Notes under the pieces: model-generated
Told to the model about the DNA's origin: nothing
Database searches by the model: none
What the model saw: the letters and a program-made list of their open reading frames with translations, nothing else
NCBI RefSeq assembly: GCF_000143415.4
Contig: NW_003314290.1
Span: 921,586-985,585, forward strand
Length of the DNA: 64,000 bases
Direction of reading: 5' to 3'
Source: Selaginella moellendorffii
Lineage: Eukaryota; Plantae; Lycopodiophyta
Program-made: the position numbers and the translations under genes
Part shown: piece after piece, positions 35,828 through 47,752 of the stretch
How positions within the stretch are numbered: the first letter of the stretch is position 1
Layout: the number at the start of each line of letters is the position of its first letter

Positions 35828-36942
35828 AGCTGCTTGGAACCATTTCTAATTTTTGCTGCCACCGAATCGGGTATGAGAAAACATTCGATTCGTGCGGTGT
35901 TCAGGGACAGAGGAACATAAGAAAGCGTTAAGTTTTGTTTTTGTTTTCTTCAAATAGGTGCTGAAAGAGGTTCGTAACTTGTCTTTTGTGTAATTTTAAG
36001 TTTCTTTCGCTACTGCAGGCTCTCTAGCTCGGTCGCTCATATGGTGTCACCATTGTCTACACATGGTGTCACCTTTGGAAGCTGTGTTATAATAGCCGGC
36101 GTATAGTATCCTGTTGGCACGAGTAGCGTAGAGCACAGCGGGGAACGAGGAGGTGAACAGGGGGATTGTACTGGCAGTATAGTTAAGTAGCAGGAGCAGG
36201 AAACAGTTGACAGGGAAGTGGCCCAAACTTCGAGCAAGATCCTGGAGGCACCACCGGACGCCCCGTTGGATGAGCTACGCGTGGATCCCAGGCGTTGGAG
36301 CTGAAGACGGCGGCAGGACGCACGTCAGCGAGCAAGAACAGATCTAAGAAAAGAGAGCGTTGGAATGACAAGCAAACAGGCTCGTAAGTACATTTCCTTT
36401 CACAGCTTTCTTTTTCAGGCCTGATTTACTGGCAGGCAAAGCGAGAGGAGAGAAAGAGTATGCGTTGTTTGTATTCCTGCGACGCATGCGTGTGAATTAT
36501 AAGAGCTCTCTGCCTTGAAGGTGGACCCGAGAGAGAATGGCATGCTATTTCTTTCTCTGGTGGCTGCTTGGCTTTTGTGTGTTCGTTCCTTGATGAGAGC
36601 TTTTCGCTAACTACTTTGGAATTTCCATTTGCAGGAGAAAGCCACGATGGAAGACGACAAGAAGAGAATTGTTCCTGGAGGCTGCAGCTGTTTGTTTACG
36701 AACAAAACCACGAGCGGATGGCTCGCGCGCTAACTTTTCCCATTTCAAGTGGGGGGAGGATTAGAAGTGGGAGGGAAGGAGGTCGAAGTCAAAGCTACCA
36801 TGGGATACAAACATGCAACATTAAGAGTGGGCTCAAAAAATCATGGTTTTCGTTGCAGCAGTAACAACAACAAAAAAAAAAAATGTCGCAAACCGGGGTG
36901 CTGTGGTAATGTGGTGCTGCTGGTATAGCCAGAGCCGTCTCT

Positions 36943-38850
36943 TCACTTCCTCTGGTACTCGCCATCGGCTACTTCGGCTTGCTCTTGCTCTACGAACTCT
37001 GGGAACAAAGTCTGGCCATCATCAGGCGAATCTAAGAACCAGTCCTCGATCTCCATTGGAATGAACTCTTGCGGCACCGGCGTCCTCTTATCAATCTCCT
37101 CGCTGGCTATCATCGTGAAATACTCCAACCTCGACGCCAGCCAGTTCGATCCTTTGAGTGGCTCCGACGCCAGCTCGTGGATGATGGTCTCCTTCTCTCT
37201 GGACAGCCGCTCAACGACTCCCATCGCATCGGCAGTGTTACCACCGGCGTTGAGAACGTCTGAGACAGCATCCCGCCAGGCGTTTTCGATCGCGCTCATG
37301 GCTCCCTCCCACTCGAGCGACAACAAGACCCCGAGCTCTCTTATCTCTTCGTAGCCTGCAACTTCGGCAAATGATCCTTCGTAAGCTGCCGGAGGAGACG
37401 AGACTTTGATCGGCGCGAGCCTAGCATCATCTCTGCAAGCATCCGTGGTCACAACCGTCGAGACCGTGCTTATGGCACCGCACAACGAGCCAGTGTTGCC
37501 ATGCTGATACTGCTCTTCAACCACGGTCGGGGACGACGACGGCTCTTCAACCACGGTCGGTGACGACGACGATGCGAGCTCCATCGCTTCGGTGCTGCTC
37601 AATGCCGGTACCGCTGGTGGATCGCGATCAAAACATGATTTTTCCGCGGGGCGACTCCAGTTATTAACCTCCGTGGCCGCTGCTGCTGCTGCCACGGTTG
37701 CTGGTGGTGGTGTTAGTGCCGGGGTGAAAAACTTGGACGAGCTGTGGCCGGTGAGGATCCGCATGATGCTGCTGCTACTATCATCCTCAACCTTGGACGT
37801 GTTTACTTTCGGAGTGGCATCGAAAACAATGCTCCGCGGCCCCGCTGGTGCTGATTTTGAGGTGGCCGAAGCAGCGGAAGCGGCAGCGGTGGTGGCGGTG
37901 GAAATTCTGGATTGATGGCGCCTGCTCCAAGCACCATCGCCTCCTCTGGAATGGACCCGAGGCGTCGACGTCGTTTTCTCGGGTCGAAGCATCCCTTGCA
38001 AGCGGGCGACGGTGAGACTGTTTTGCCGGCCGTGCAAGGGAGTGATGTGGTTCTTGGTGAGGGGCCGGTTGCAGACGGGACACTCCTTGTCCGGGGACTT
38101 GTTGTGGAGCCAGCAGCAGAGACAGGGCCAGCACAAGAGGTGGCCGCAGAAGGTGATGACTCGGGCTTCGTTTGGCTTGTGCGAGCAGACGTTGCATTTG
38201 GGACTGGCTCCCAAGCTCGTCATCTTGCCACCCCGGTGAATTGAAGAGGACAGGGACGAGGAGGAGTCGTCTCGTCGGCATGAACTTGAGAGTGGCGGTT
38301 CCTTTGAGGCGGCTCTTGGAGGCTCCGCTGCTGGTGTTTCAACGGTGCTGCTGCGAGCTTTCTTCGACGATCCTCCTCCTCGCCGGGCGTGATCGGTGGA
38401 TTTCGGGTGGAGTGAAAAGGCCTGCTGCTGTTCCTGCTGCTGCGGTGGCGATGGAGAAAACAAGAGCATCGAGGAGTTTTGCTGCTGCTGCTGCTGTGGT
38501 TGGAGCTGGAAAAAGCAGCCTTTGGGACTCCAGCCTGTGGCGGTCATGCTTGTGCTGCTGCTGACCTGCTGGTGCTGGTGCTGTTCGAGTTCCCTGGATT
38601 TGTCCAGGAGCGACGGAGAGAAGCTCCAGGAGCTCAGCGGGAGATGCTGGTGTCGAAGGAAATGGTCGGCGGCGGGATGATTTTTACTGAAAGGCAGTTG
38701 CTGCTGGGATCTGGAAGCCATTTTCTCCGTCGTGGTAGCGGCCTGGCTGTACTCCAGGTGGTGCAGGACACTCCCCAGAGATCCAGGGAAAAGGCCGCCG
38801 TGATCATTATTATCACTGCCTTCTCTTCGGAGGCCCACGGGAACCACCAT
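36943..38850 (-). CDS. RING-HC E3 ubiquitin ligase with RMA/RNF5-like RING and long low-complexity extensions
   Basis: CNVC..ARVITFCGHLLCWPCLCCWL..ECPVC..ITPLHGR. First ATG at 38850. Confidence 0.8.
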   Translation of the reverse strand: MVVPVGLRREGSDNNDHGGLFPGSLGSVLHHLEYSQAATTTEKMASRSQQQLPFSKNHPAADHFLRHQHLPLSSWSFSPSLLDKSRELEQHQHQQVSSSTSMTATGWSPKGCFFQLQPQQQQQQNSSMLLFSPSPPQQQEQQQAFSLHPKSTDHARRGGGSSKKARSSTVETPAAEPPRAASKEPPLSSSCRRDDSSSSLSSSIHRGGKMTSLGASPKCNVCSHKPNEARVITFCGHLLCWPCLCCWLHNKSPDKECPVCNRPLTKNHITPLHGRQNSLTVARLQGMLRPEKTTSTPRVHSRGGDGAWSRRHQSRISTATTAAASAASATSKSAPAGPRSIVFDATPKVNTSKVEDDSSSSIMRILTGHSSSKFFTPALTPPPATVAAAAAATEVNNWSRPAEKSCFDRDPPAVPALSSTEAMELASSSSPTVVEEPSSSPTVVEEQYQHGNTGSLCGAISTVSTVVTTDACRDDARLAPIKVSSPPAAYEGSFAEVAGYEEIRELGVLLSLEWEGAMSAIENAWRDAVSDVLNAGGNTADAMGVVERLSREKETIIHELASEPLKGSNWLASRLEYFTMIASEEIDKRTPVPQEFIPMEIEDWFLDSPDDGQTLFPEFVEQEQAEVADGEYQRK

Positions 38851-39326
38851 ACTTGACGACGACGCAGAGCGCTCTCTCTCTTTCTCTCTCACTCCACTTC
38901 ACTTCGCTCTAAACTAAGACAAGGCTGGTTATTGACGAGAATCCCGCAGCAGCACAGTGCCTCTCCGACCTTTTGAGCAAGTTCGCGCTTTTAAGCTTCG
39001 TGGTGATGGCGCAGCTCAGCGATCCTCATTAAAACGAGCATTTGGTGCTGGTGGTCTTCTTCGTTGTCTTCGTGGTCAGGGCCACTGCTTCCATCTGATG
39101 GATTCAACCCGCTGCTCAGGGCAGATTCACGTTGCTGGCGAGTGAAGCAACTGCCAAGCAGGTTATAAAAGTAGCAAAGAAAATGAGGAAAAGGCTAAAC
39201 ACTTCTCTTCTTGCAGGAGCAGCGGTCAGTGTGTCACAACTGGTGATGGCTGATGCTAGCATTTTGACAGGCAGTCGCGGCTTTGTTCCTGAGAAGAAAG
39301 CACCTGAGAACGCAAACAAAAAAAAG

Positions 39327-39331
<5 letters not shown>

Positions 39332-39376
<45 letters not shown>
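39332..39376. repeat. (GA)n microsatellite
   Basis: About 22 uninterrupted AG units. Confidence 0.95.
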
Positions 39377-39380
<4 letters not shown>

Positions 39381-40834
39381 TTTCTGTTTTTCTTTCGTGC
39401 TGTTAACTTTGGCATGCATGCAGGTTGGAAGTCTTTCACTGGACACCGGTGGTTTGTTTATTTTCTGTCGCGTTTTAGCGAGCTCTAGACCACCAAGCCT
39501 CGAGGTATAACATGTGAGCGTTCTGACCCGGCTAAAAACCATTTGTTGCATTCACAGTGACGGATGGACCGAACGAGCAGGAGATTAAAAAACTGGGGGG
39601 AGTGACTACACCCAATAATGCTTTGCTCCGCCTTGGGGAACTCTCTTTAAAGAAATGCGAGCAAGGTAAGAGGGGGCAGCGGCAGATTAAGCCATGGTAC
39701 TCGAGGACAAAGCAGGATTGAATTGCGGCTGTGGATTTCGTGGCTGCTGCTTTGAGGAAAACCAATATCAAACTGGCAATAATAGGAGCATGATCAAACG
39801 TATGTGCAACTAAGGTACGTGCCCCTGCTCGTGACATTAGTTTTTCGCTCAGCTCATAAAAACTTCCGATGTGAAGGTGCGTAGCAGCAGCTGGGATTGC
39901 AAAATCGGCCCGGTTTGAGCACAGGACAAGCTTGGGATGGAGACCGAGATGGCTCAACTTGGTGAGCAGGCTGTAGCTGCAGCAGCGCGCACCAGGTGTG
40001 TGTAGTGCGTGTGTGTAGAGCAGCGTGCCTTTCCATATACGCTAACAGTCTACTACCTTGTTATGCAGTCCCGGAAAGATTTGGCACGAGAAAGCTTCGT
40101 GCTTTGCTTGGTTGATTCTCCAGCATCGCAGAGAATCAGCGATTTGACAGAGACCCCCTTTCGTGGGTTTGACATCAGCAAGAACAAAAAAGCATGCTAT
40201 ATGCGGCTATATGCTACGGCTACACGGTGCTGAGTGATGAGTATAGCTATAGGCATTTCAATCAATCCCGACTTAATGCTTTTGTGTGTCAATCAGGATC
40301 AATCAGGATGTAAAACAATCACTGTTTTTTCCGAGGCCTTGAAAGGAGAATGATCAATCAGGCAACGGCGGTATATTTGCACGGCCTAGTTTCTGTGGAA
40401 GGTTTGCGGAGATATTCTATGTAATGTTTTTAAATGTAGAGAGCCGCCAAAGGTGGACCACGCGTATGCGGTTGAGTATTTCCACGTATAAAGGCGTTGG
40501 AGCATACAACATGGTCGTATCTCTGCCACTAGATTCATACAGAGGAAAGTGATTTTTTTTAAAAAAAAAAATGGTTCTTATTCATTGACCCCGTGGTCAA
40601 AACTTTTCTTGTAATTTGCTTCTTTGTGAATGCCACTAAACAATATACTTGTTTTTCCCATTCGCATCGAAGAGAGTAGAAAAATAATCCTTTTGTGGAG
40701 CTTGCATTTCTTCTTTTGTTAATGTTCATGGTTTACTACTTAGACCATCTTTCTTGCAAAATGTTGGGGTCATAATATACAGCACTGTTTTACCTGTACA
40801 TACGCACAAATGTGTGCGTAATCTTTGAATCGCT

Positions 40835-43475
40835 CTACTCCGCCAGGCCCTTGTTTTCCATGGCGAGTAGCGATGAGCAAACTTGCACGGCCTCGCTCAC
40901 CGTGAGGAACACCCACTGCTGGCCGAGAGACTCCATGAACTTGGACTTGTGCAGCTTCTCAAAAACGCCACTCCCAGGATTTGCGAACGCAAGCTGACAG
41001 AAGCAAAGAAATATCAAAGATCAGATATCGAGATAAACATCGAGGATGGTTTCCCTTTTTCTACCTGAACACCTCTGCTTTTCAAGATTCTCTGGATGTT
41101 TTCAAAGCCATGGATCCCACTTGTGTCAATGTTCATCACCGCTGTAATAAAAACTATGAGCCACGCCAAGGTTGCTGCTACTGCTTACGGGTTAAGTCGA
41201 TGATCACATAGCGAATCGAAGACTGTCCTGATTTCCCGTTAGCGTCTTCCTCATCAGCTATCCATCTGAAGACTCTGTCATCTCCAAACGTTGGGATAAT
41301 TTTCACGTCAGCATTCAAGGCATTCCTGTACAGTGTGTTACCTTTCTCTGATGTAGTTTGCGTTTGAAAAGTAAATGCCTGCATCGATTCGAATCACAAG
41401 AATGCCATCCGTTTTCATCGTGCCTGGGTACTGCTTTTTGTTCCTGAAAACGTTCGTCCCTGGTATTTGACCCAGGAGTGACGTGTGTGGCCTTGTCATT
41501 TGCAGTATAAGTCTCGCAAGAGAAATGGTAACCTGCAAAAACAACGCTGTTATATCATCTATCTCAGGTGCAGAGAGTAGAGAGGGTTCTTACAGCGATC
41601 ACAAGCCCCATCTGAATAGAAATGAAGATAACTCCTAGAAAACCAGCGATGCAAGCGAGAAAGTCGATCTTGTCCACCTTGAAAATTTGGTACGCGGTAC
41701 ATGGATCAATCAGCCCAATAACAGCAGCAAAGATAATGGCAGCGAGCGTGACGTTGGGAGTATAATGGAATAACGGCATGAGAACCAGCAACGTAACCAT
41801 GATGACAAATGACATGACGATGTTGGAAAATGCCGTCCTGCAACCTGCGTTGAAGTTCACAGCCGAACGAGAGACAGCCCCTGTCCAAAACAAAACAAAA
41901 AGCAAAGAACAAGATAAAACATTTGCAAGAGTAGCAAAGGCAAAGTGAAAGAGCACCTGTAGTAGCATAACAAGACATGCACGCGCTGCAAGTGTTCATG
42001 ACACCAAACGCTATCATCTCCTTGTTGCCATCAAGATCATAGCCTTTCATGGACGCGAACGTTCTCCCAATCGCTATCGCTTCCTGAATTCGTCGGTCAG
42101 TCCCCCAGGAAATTAGAAACAGCACAATTCGTACCATAAGTCCAATAGCTGCCACCACCACAGCAATTTTTACCGATGCCAAGACATATGGTCCCGTAAG
42201 AAACAGCTTGTGCGTTGAAATGGGATTCAGGCCCTTTTTCAAGTGTCCAACGATGCTCACACCATGTTTCTCTGCATGAGTAATATATGTGCAAAACGTA
42301 GTCACAACAACTGTCGTCATTGGCGCTCCAGCTGAAAGCCAGAAGTACTTCCTGTTTCTTGTTCCCTGGAATGGAAGGTCTTAATGATTAAAAGCCAACA
42401 AAACCGAAGGAACAGAAACGCACAATATATTTTGTCACCAAGCAAAGGGTCACGAAGCAAACTCCAATGACAATAGTACGCCAGTTCCACTGCAAGCGAA
42501 AAAGAAAAGAATCAGACGAGATCAACTGAACGAGCAGCGTACCTGTTGCGGGTGTTCAAACACAGCATGGAGAACGGAGATAATGTCCGATTTTGTGGTG
42601 AAATGCGTTAGGCCGAGAATTCCCTTGAGTTGCTGCAGGCAAATTATAACGGCCACGCCAGACACAAAACCGACAATCGTAGCATGTGAAAGAAAATCAA
42701 TAAGAAATCCAAGCCTGCCGTGAATGAAACGAGTCATCAGATCCAAGCTCAAGTCCATATGATGCGCACCTAAAAACTCCAAGACCAGCTTGGATGACAC
42801 CTGTGAAGAAGGTTGCAGTCAAGGCAAGCCTCAAATGGAGCTCCGGCTCCTTGACAGGGTCAGCTTCTTGACGCAATATAGTCCCCAAAACAAGTGACAA
42901 TATCGCTGACGGTCCAATTGCAAGATCTCTCGAGCTTCCCATGATTGCATAGAGCAACGGCGGTAGAAATGTCGAGTCTGGGCACACAGCACAATAAGTC
43001 ATTGTGAACCACCGACCAGCGTAAAAACACATTTTTCGCAGCTGGAAACGAAATGAAAGGTAGAGAACTTACAGAGCCCATAAATCGGGGGCAAGTTTGC
43101 AAGTTTTGCATATGCTATGCCCTGCAAGACCCACAGGCACCGTACGTGAGCTAAGCCTCTACGGTGAAAGTTAAAAGCAGCACTGACCTGCGGTATGGAG
43201 AGACTCGCAATTGTCAGTCCTGAAACTAGATCCGCTCTGAGATCCGCGAACTTATACTTAGCTCCCCAATCCAGCACAGGGAACATGTAACGCATTGCCA
43301 GAACAAACTTCGTCGCAGCGGTTTGATGGCGGAATTGCCGAAAGGGATCATCCGGGAAAAATGTTTCTTTGACAGTGTCTCCGAAAGCACTGGCGGAGCT
43401 CTTGTAAGGCGGCCTCAGGACCTCCATGACTTTGTGGCCGTTGTAAGCTTCGCCATTGCTCTCGATATCTCCCAT
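40835..43475 (-). CDS. SULTR: Sulfate transporter (SULTR/SLC26) with STAS domain, multi-exon
   Basis: VKETFFPDDPFRQF, DLVSGLTIASLSIPQ|GIAYAKLANLPPIYGL, GSSRDLAIGP, DGNKEMIA, SRSAVNFNAG, IRIDAGIYFSNANYIRER, FANPG. Confidence 0.96.
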
Positions 43476-45190
43476 CTTACCTTAACCAATAAAGTGTCAG
43501 AAGACAAGAACTATCGAGTTACTAGATTCGCAGCAAGCTGTGACATGCAAAAGAAAGATCCAGAGGAGGAGACCAAAAGGAAGAACGGGACGAGATGGAT
43601 AAGTTACGATAAGTAAAAAAAACAAGCAGCGAATTCAACAACAACGCGGAAAAAACAAGCGAACACCCCCACACAAAGACGCACAGCACAGCACTCCCGA
43701 GACCTCTGAGCCGGGCTCAAACATTTATAGCAAGCCCTTAACGCAAAAATGGCCTTTGATTGCACGGAACTGAAAAAACAACAACACACTGCAAGCAAGA
43801 AGGAAAACGAAAGAAAAGAAAAGGGAGGAGCGTACCAATCCCAGCCGGTGGAGCACCAGTCGATCAACACCCAGTGACATCATCCCGTTTCTCGAGCGTG
43901 GACGGAACCGCGACCCTGGCACTGGACTTGATGATGCGAGTCAACCCCGAGAAAATGAAAAGCCCCCTAAGAATTTTTGTCCCTGGATCCCGGATTTGAT
44001 ATCCTCCTATCGCTATGCCGGTCACGGGAAACTTGGGGAGCTCGCGTAAGTGTCACGCACTAATATACTCATTTCCACAAACACCTACTTCGAGTAATTT
44101 CCCTCCCAAAGCTAAATGCTGCCGATTGCTACTCCTCTCCCGCACCAATCCTGGAGATCCGGCACGGCACTGCCACTTGGTAGTCCCCAGCCGCTGAATC
44201 CAGCGCTTTCCTCTCTCGATCGACCACTAGTCCCCCCAAATATCCCGATTTCCTGGAGTCGTCATCGATCGACACTGACAGGCAGCTCCACCTACCTCCT
44301 CCAATCGATTTGCAGCCCCCGGCGGCGGCGGCGGCGCGGCGGTCGCGCATCGATGCGCCATCGTCTCGCTCTCGCGCCGACCTAAAACCCCACACAAAAC
44401 CCCACAGAGCGTGCGTGCCAGAGATGCCTGGGGCTGTTTTGAATTTTGGCGCCAACGGGTCTCAATCGCCGGGGTATATTCCCGTGACAGTGATGAAGGC
44501 TCTACTTTTCAAAGATCGATTGAGAAGATTGATTGATTTGATTGATCGCAAAAATATAAGCTAATTGACTTATAAAGAGGACCCACCTAAACGCTGGAAC
44601 CGGCACAAAAAGATATCCTATAAGATCACACCAAGAAACACGTTTTTGTCCTTGGCGATCGTCCCGAAAACTTATTCCAGCTCTAGCTCGATCGATTTGA
44701 TCGTTTTTGTCCAAGCAAACCGATCGAAGCTAGAGAGTTTCCTTGGCATTCATTGCTGCTTCTGGAGCACCCAACAAACACTAAGAGAGGCGGAGAAAAG
44801 GGCACGACGAAACTTGATTCCAACTTTTTCTCGAGCATTACAGATGTCGAGAGGAGGATGCTGTTTAGAGTTTGGACACGAGTCTGCGCTGTTGCAAGAA
44901 GAACGAGAACGAGAAAGCAAAGAAAAAACACGAAAGAGAGAAGACAAATGGGGTCAAGAACTTACGCAAAAGCCAGCTAAGAGTTTGTGAGTGTATGCTA
45001 AACCGCAAGCACACAGACGTGCCAAATAGTTTCTCCCGCCTAGAAAAATCAACGAAGGCATCCTTCGTTCTTCTTTCCTTTCTTCGTTCGCATTTACGTT
45101 TAAGGAGAACCTGTCACGGTCGAGAGATTCGATAAGTACCTTGCAAAATCAACATGGAAGCTTAGGAAAAACTTACACAAGCTTCGACCA

Positions 45191-45884
45191 TTAAGAGGCG
45201 TCCACGGGGAGGAGATTGCTGCCATTGCTCGTGTTGTTTGCGTCTTCCTCCACCTTTTCGTTCGCCAGTGGCGCGTTAAACGCCATGGGGAATTTCGTGA
45301 CCCGTGGCTTCTCCGCTAGAACAGTCCGTCTCACTTGGTTGATGAGAACTTTGGCCGGCGGCTCCAAGTTGAGACTGTCGTCCGCGTACTCGGTGCTCAC
45401 GTAATAGCCAACTCTGATAAATTCCTGGCCCAGGTACGAGCATGTTAGCAGCAGCACAGTCACTCCAAGAATATCTTCATCGGGAATTTTTGTCCACTCG
45501 GGAGGGTCCGCCTGAAAAAGAATCAGACAAACAAGAAAATCCCAGTCAGTGGAACACTTTCTAGACACAAAAAGAAGAGCAAAAAATTCTAAAGCACCTG
45601 AAAGAGGAAGCGGTAATTACCAACGTTGACAGGGCCAACAAGAACACTCTCGAGAACTTGGTCGTATTTCTCATCTTCGGCTGATCCTACGTAAATGAGC
45701 TTCCACTCCAAATCTGTGGGAAAGGAACAAAACCGAGAAACAATTTAGAACAGGAACTTAAAACTCGTCGCTGACCATCTTTGAGGGGAATGAGACACTC
45801 GTAAGAAATCTCAAACTGGAAGGGCTTGAGGAACATTGACGGATTGTCCAGCACAGTAACATTAGTGATGTTGATCGCGCTCAT
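45191..45884 (-). CDS. ASF1: Histone H3/H4 chaperone ASF1, 3 exons
   Basis: [68 protein letters not shown]. Confidence 0.97.
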
Positions 45885-46321
45885 CCTTTTCTTTCTCCTG
45901 TCTCGCTTATCCACTGATTCTTGGTTCCCGAAAGCGCATTTTAAATCTTAGAGCTCTAGATCTCCTGCTGCGGGTGGAAAATTTTCAGCGATTCCTACGA
46001 GCTCGGGCAAAGAAGAGGAATGGGAGCCGAGAATACATACGTGCTAGCAGTGCGGTGCGCTTCCCCGCGCCTCCTCGCCTTCTTCACGCGAAGCCCTATC
46101 GATCGCCAAACCCTAAAACTAGAACCCTAGGACTCTAAATGCGGGAAAATTTTGAAAGTGGCGCCAAAAAGCTTAATTCTCTCTCCAAGCAAGTAGCAAA
46201 TCTCCCTAGCATAGATCTTCCAACAAAGATAAGTTTTATTTTTCTGTAAGGGCAAAGTAGTTCTTCTGGAGTGAGAAGCTTATAGAACTGATGAGCATAG
46301 CGTTCACGATGATCATCGAGA

Positions 46322-47681
46322 TCACAGTTGATAGCTTCCATGAGTTCCGAGCTCGCAAGCGTTGCAAGAAGCTAGCAGCCATTCCTTGAGTTTGTGTCCC
46401 CGGCCGAGCATTCTCCCCTTGTTCTCCCTGTCAATCTTGAGAGGACTCTTGGCGCTCCTCAGGCATCTCAGCACGGCATTCTTCACCTCGGAGCTTCCCT
46501 CCACTTTGCTGTGCTTTCCCCATCCCGTGACCACCTCGATCTCCCTGGGAACTCTAGCACCCGATCCAAACTTCCGCTTTGCCTCGTCGAGCCAGCACAG
46601 AAGTGTGAGATACGCTGCCCCGGGTGTCAAGCTGTGCATGTCCAGCTTCCACACCTCCGCCGACCAATCCACCGATCCAAGCGGGAGATTCATCGTCACT
46701 AGCTTCCTGACCAGCTCCAGTTCTTCGTCCGAGCCATCCAGTCTAGAGAGCAAATCCGCGGCGCCGAGGAGTGACTCCGGCTCTTGAGCATCACCAGTAA
46801 GCTGGGCTAGCACCGGGCAAGCGTTGCTGACTGCGTTCCAGGAGAGAACTGTCAATCCAATCCTGGCCTCCTCCATCATCTCCATCACCTCTAGCATCTC
46901 CCTATACTTCCTGTGAGTCCCATACGCTGCGAGCATCGTGTTGAAAGTGGCTGCATCCAGCTTGTGCCCAGCCTTGAGCATGGCTTCCAAGACCTCGTCA
47001 ACTTTGCCGTAGATGGCAGCCCTTCCAAACGAGACGAGCAACGACTTGTAACTCCGGGAGGAGACCCTTTCCCCGCTAGCTTTGATCGAGTTGAGTGTTT
47101 CCTCCGCCTTAAATGGATCGCCAAACTTTGCCTGGGCTTGGAACAGCGCTCTCCGCCCAGCTGCTGCGGCTGCTCTGCCCAATCCCTCTAGCTCTCCAAA
47201 CTCCCTGTGAGCTCTCTCCCACAACCCATACCTCGCGTAGAACTCCAGGAGCGCGCAGCGGAACTTCACTCTCTCGGATTCCCCCAGCTCGTCATCAAAT
47301 CCCGCGACAAACGCATCCGCCTCCACCGTCTCCCGCGCCTTAGCCATCAACGCCGCAATGTGGCCATGGATTCGCACATTCCTCGCCTCCGCATGGTACA
47401 CCTGACCAAAATCCACGATTCACGCCCGAAATCTCACCAAGAACACTCACAGCAAGCGCGATCTCGAGCTCCTCCTTCTCGACCAGCTGCTCCAGCACCT
47501 TGCCCCTGAGATTCCGGCTAAGCTTGCTCCATCGCCGCGCAATGCTGCCGCTCCCGGCGCCGCGCTCCCTGGCGAGGCAGAGATCTCGCACCGCCTTGTG
47601 CGCGGAGCCCCAGCCGGGGACGCGCACGCCGGCATCCTCTCGCCACGACGATAAAACCACATAAACCCTACCTCCATCCAT
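46322..47681 (-). CDS. P-class PPR protein with C-terminal SMR domain, 2 exons
   Basis: PPR motifs (SYKSLLVSFGR, TFNTMLAAYG); SMR motifs LDMHSLT..VVTGWGKHS..NKGR. Confidence 0.88.
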
Positions 47682-47752
47682 TCAAATTTTTAAATATCAT
47701 TAGCAAACGAAATGTTACACAAATACGAGTATACATACCATTTCTTCCTCGA

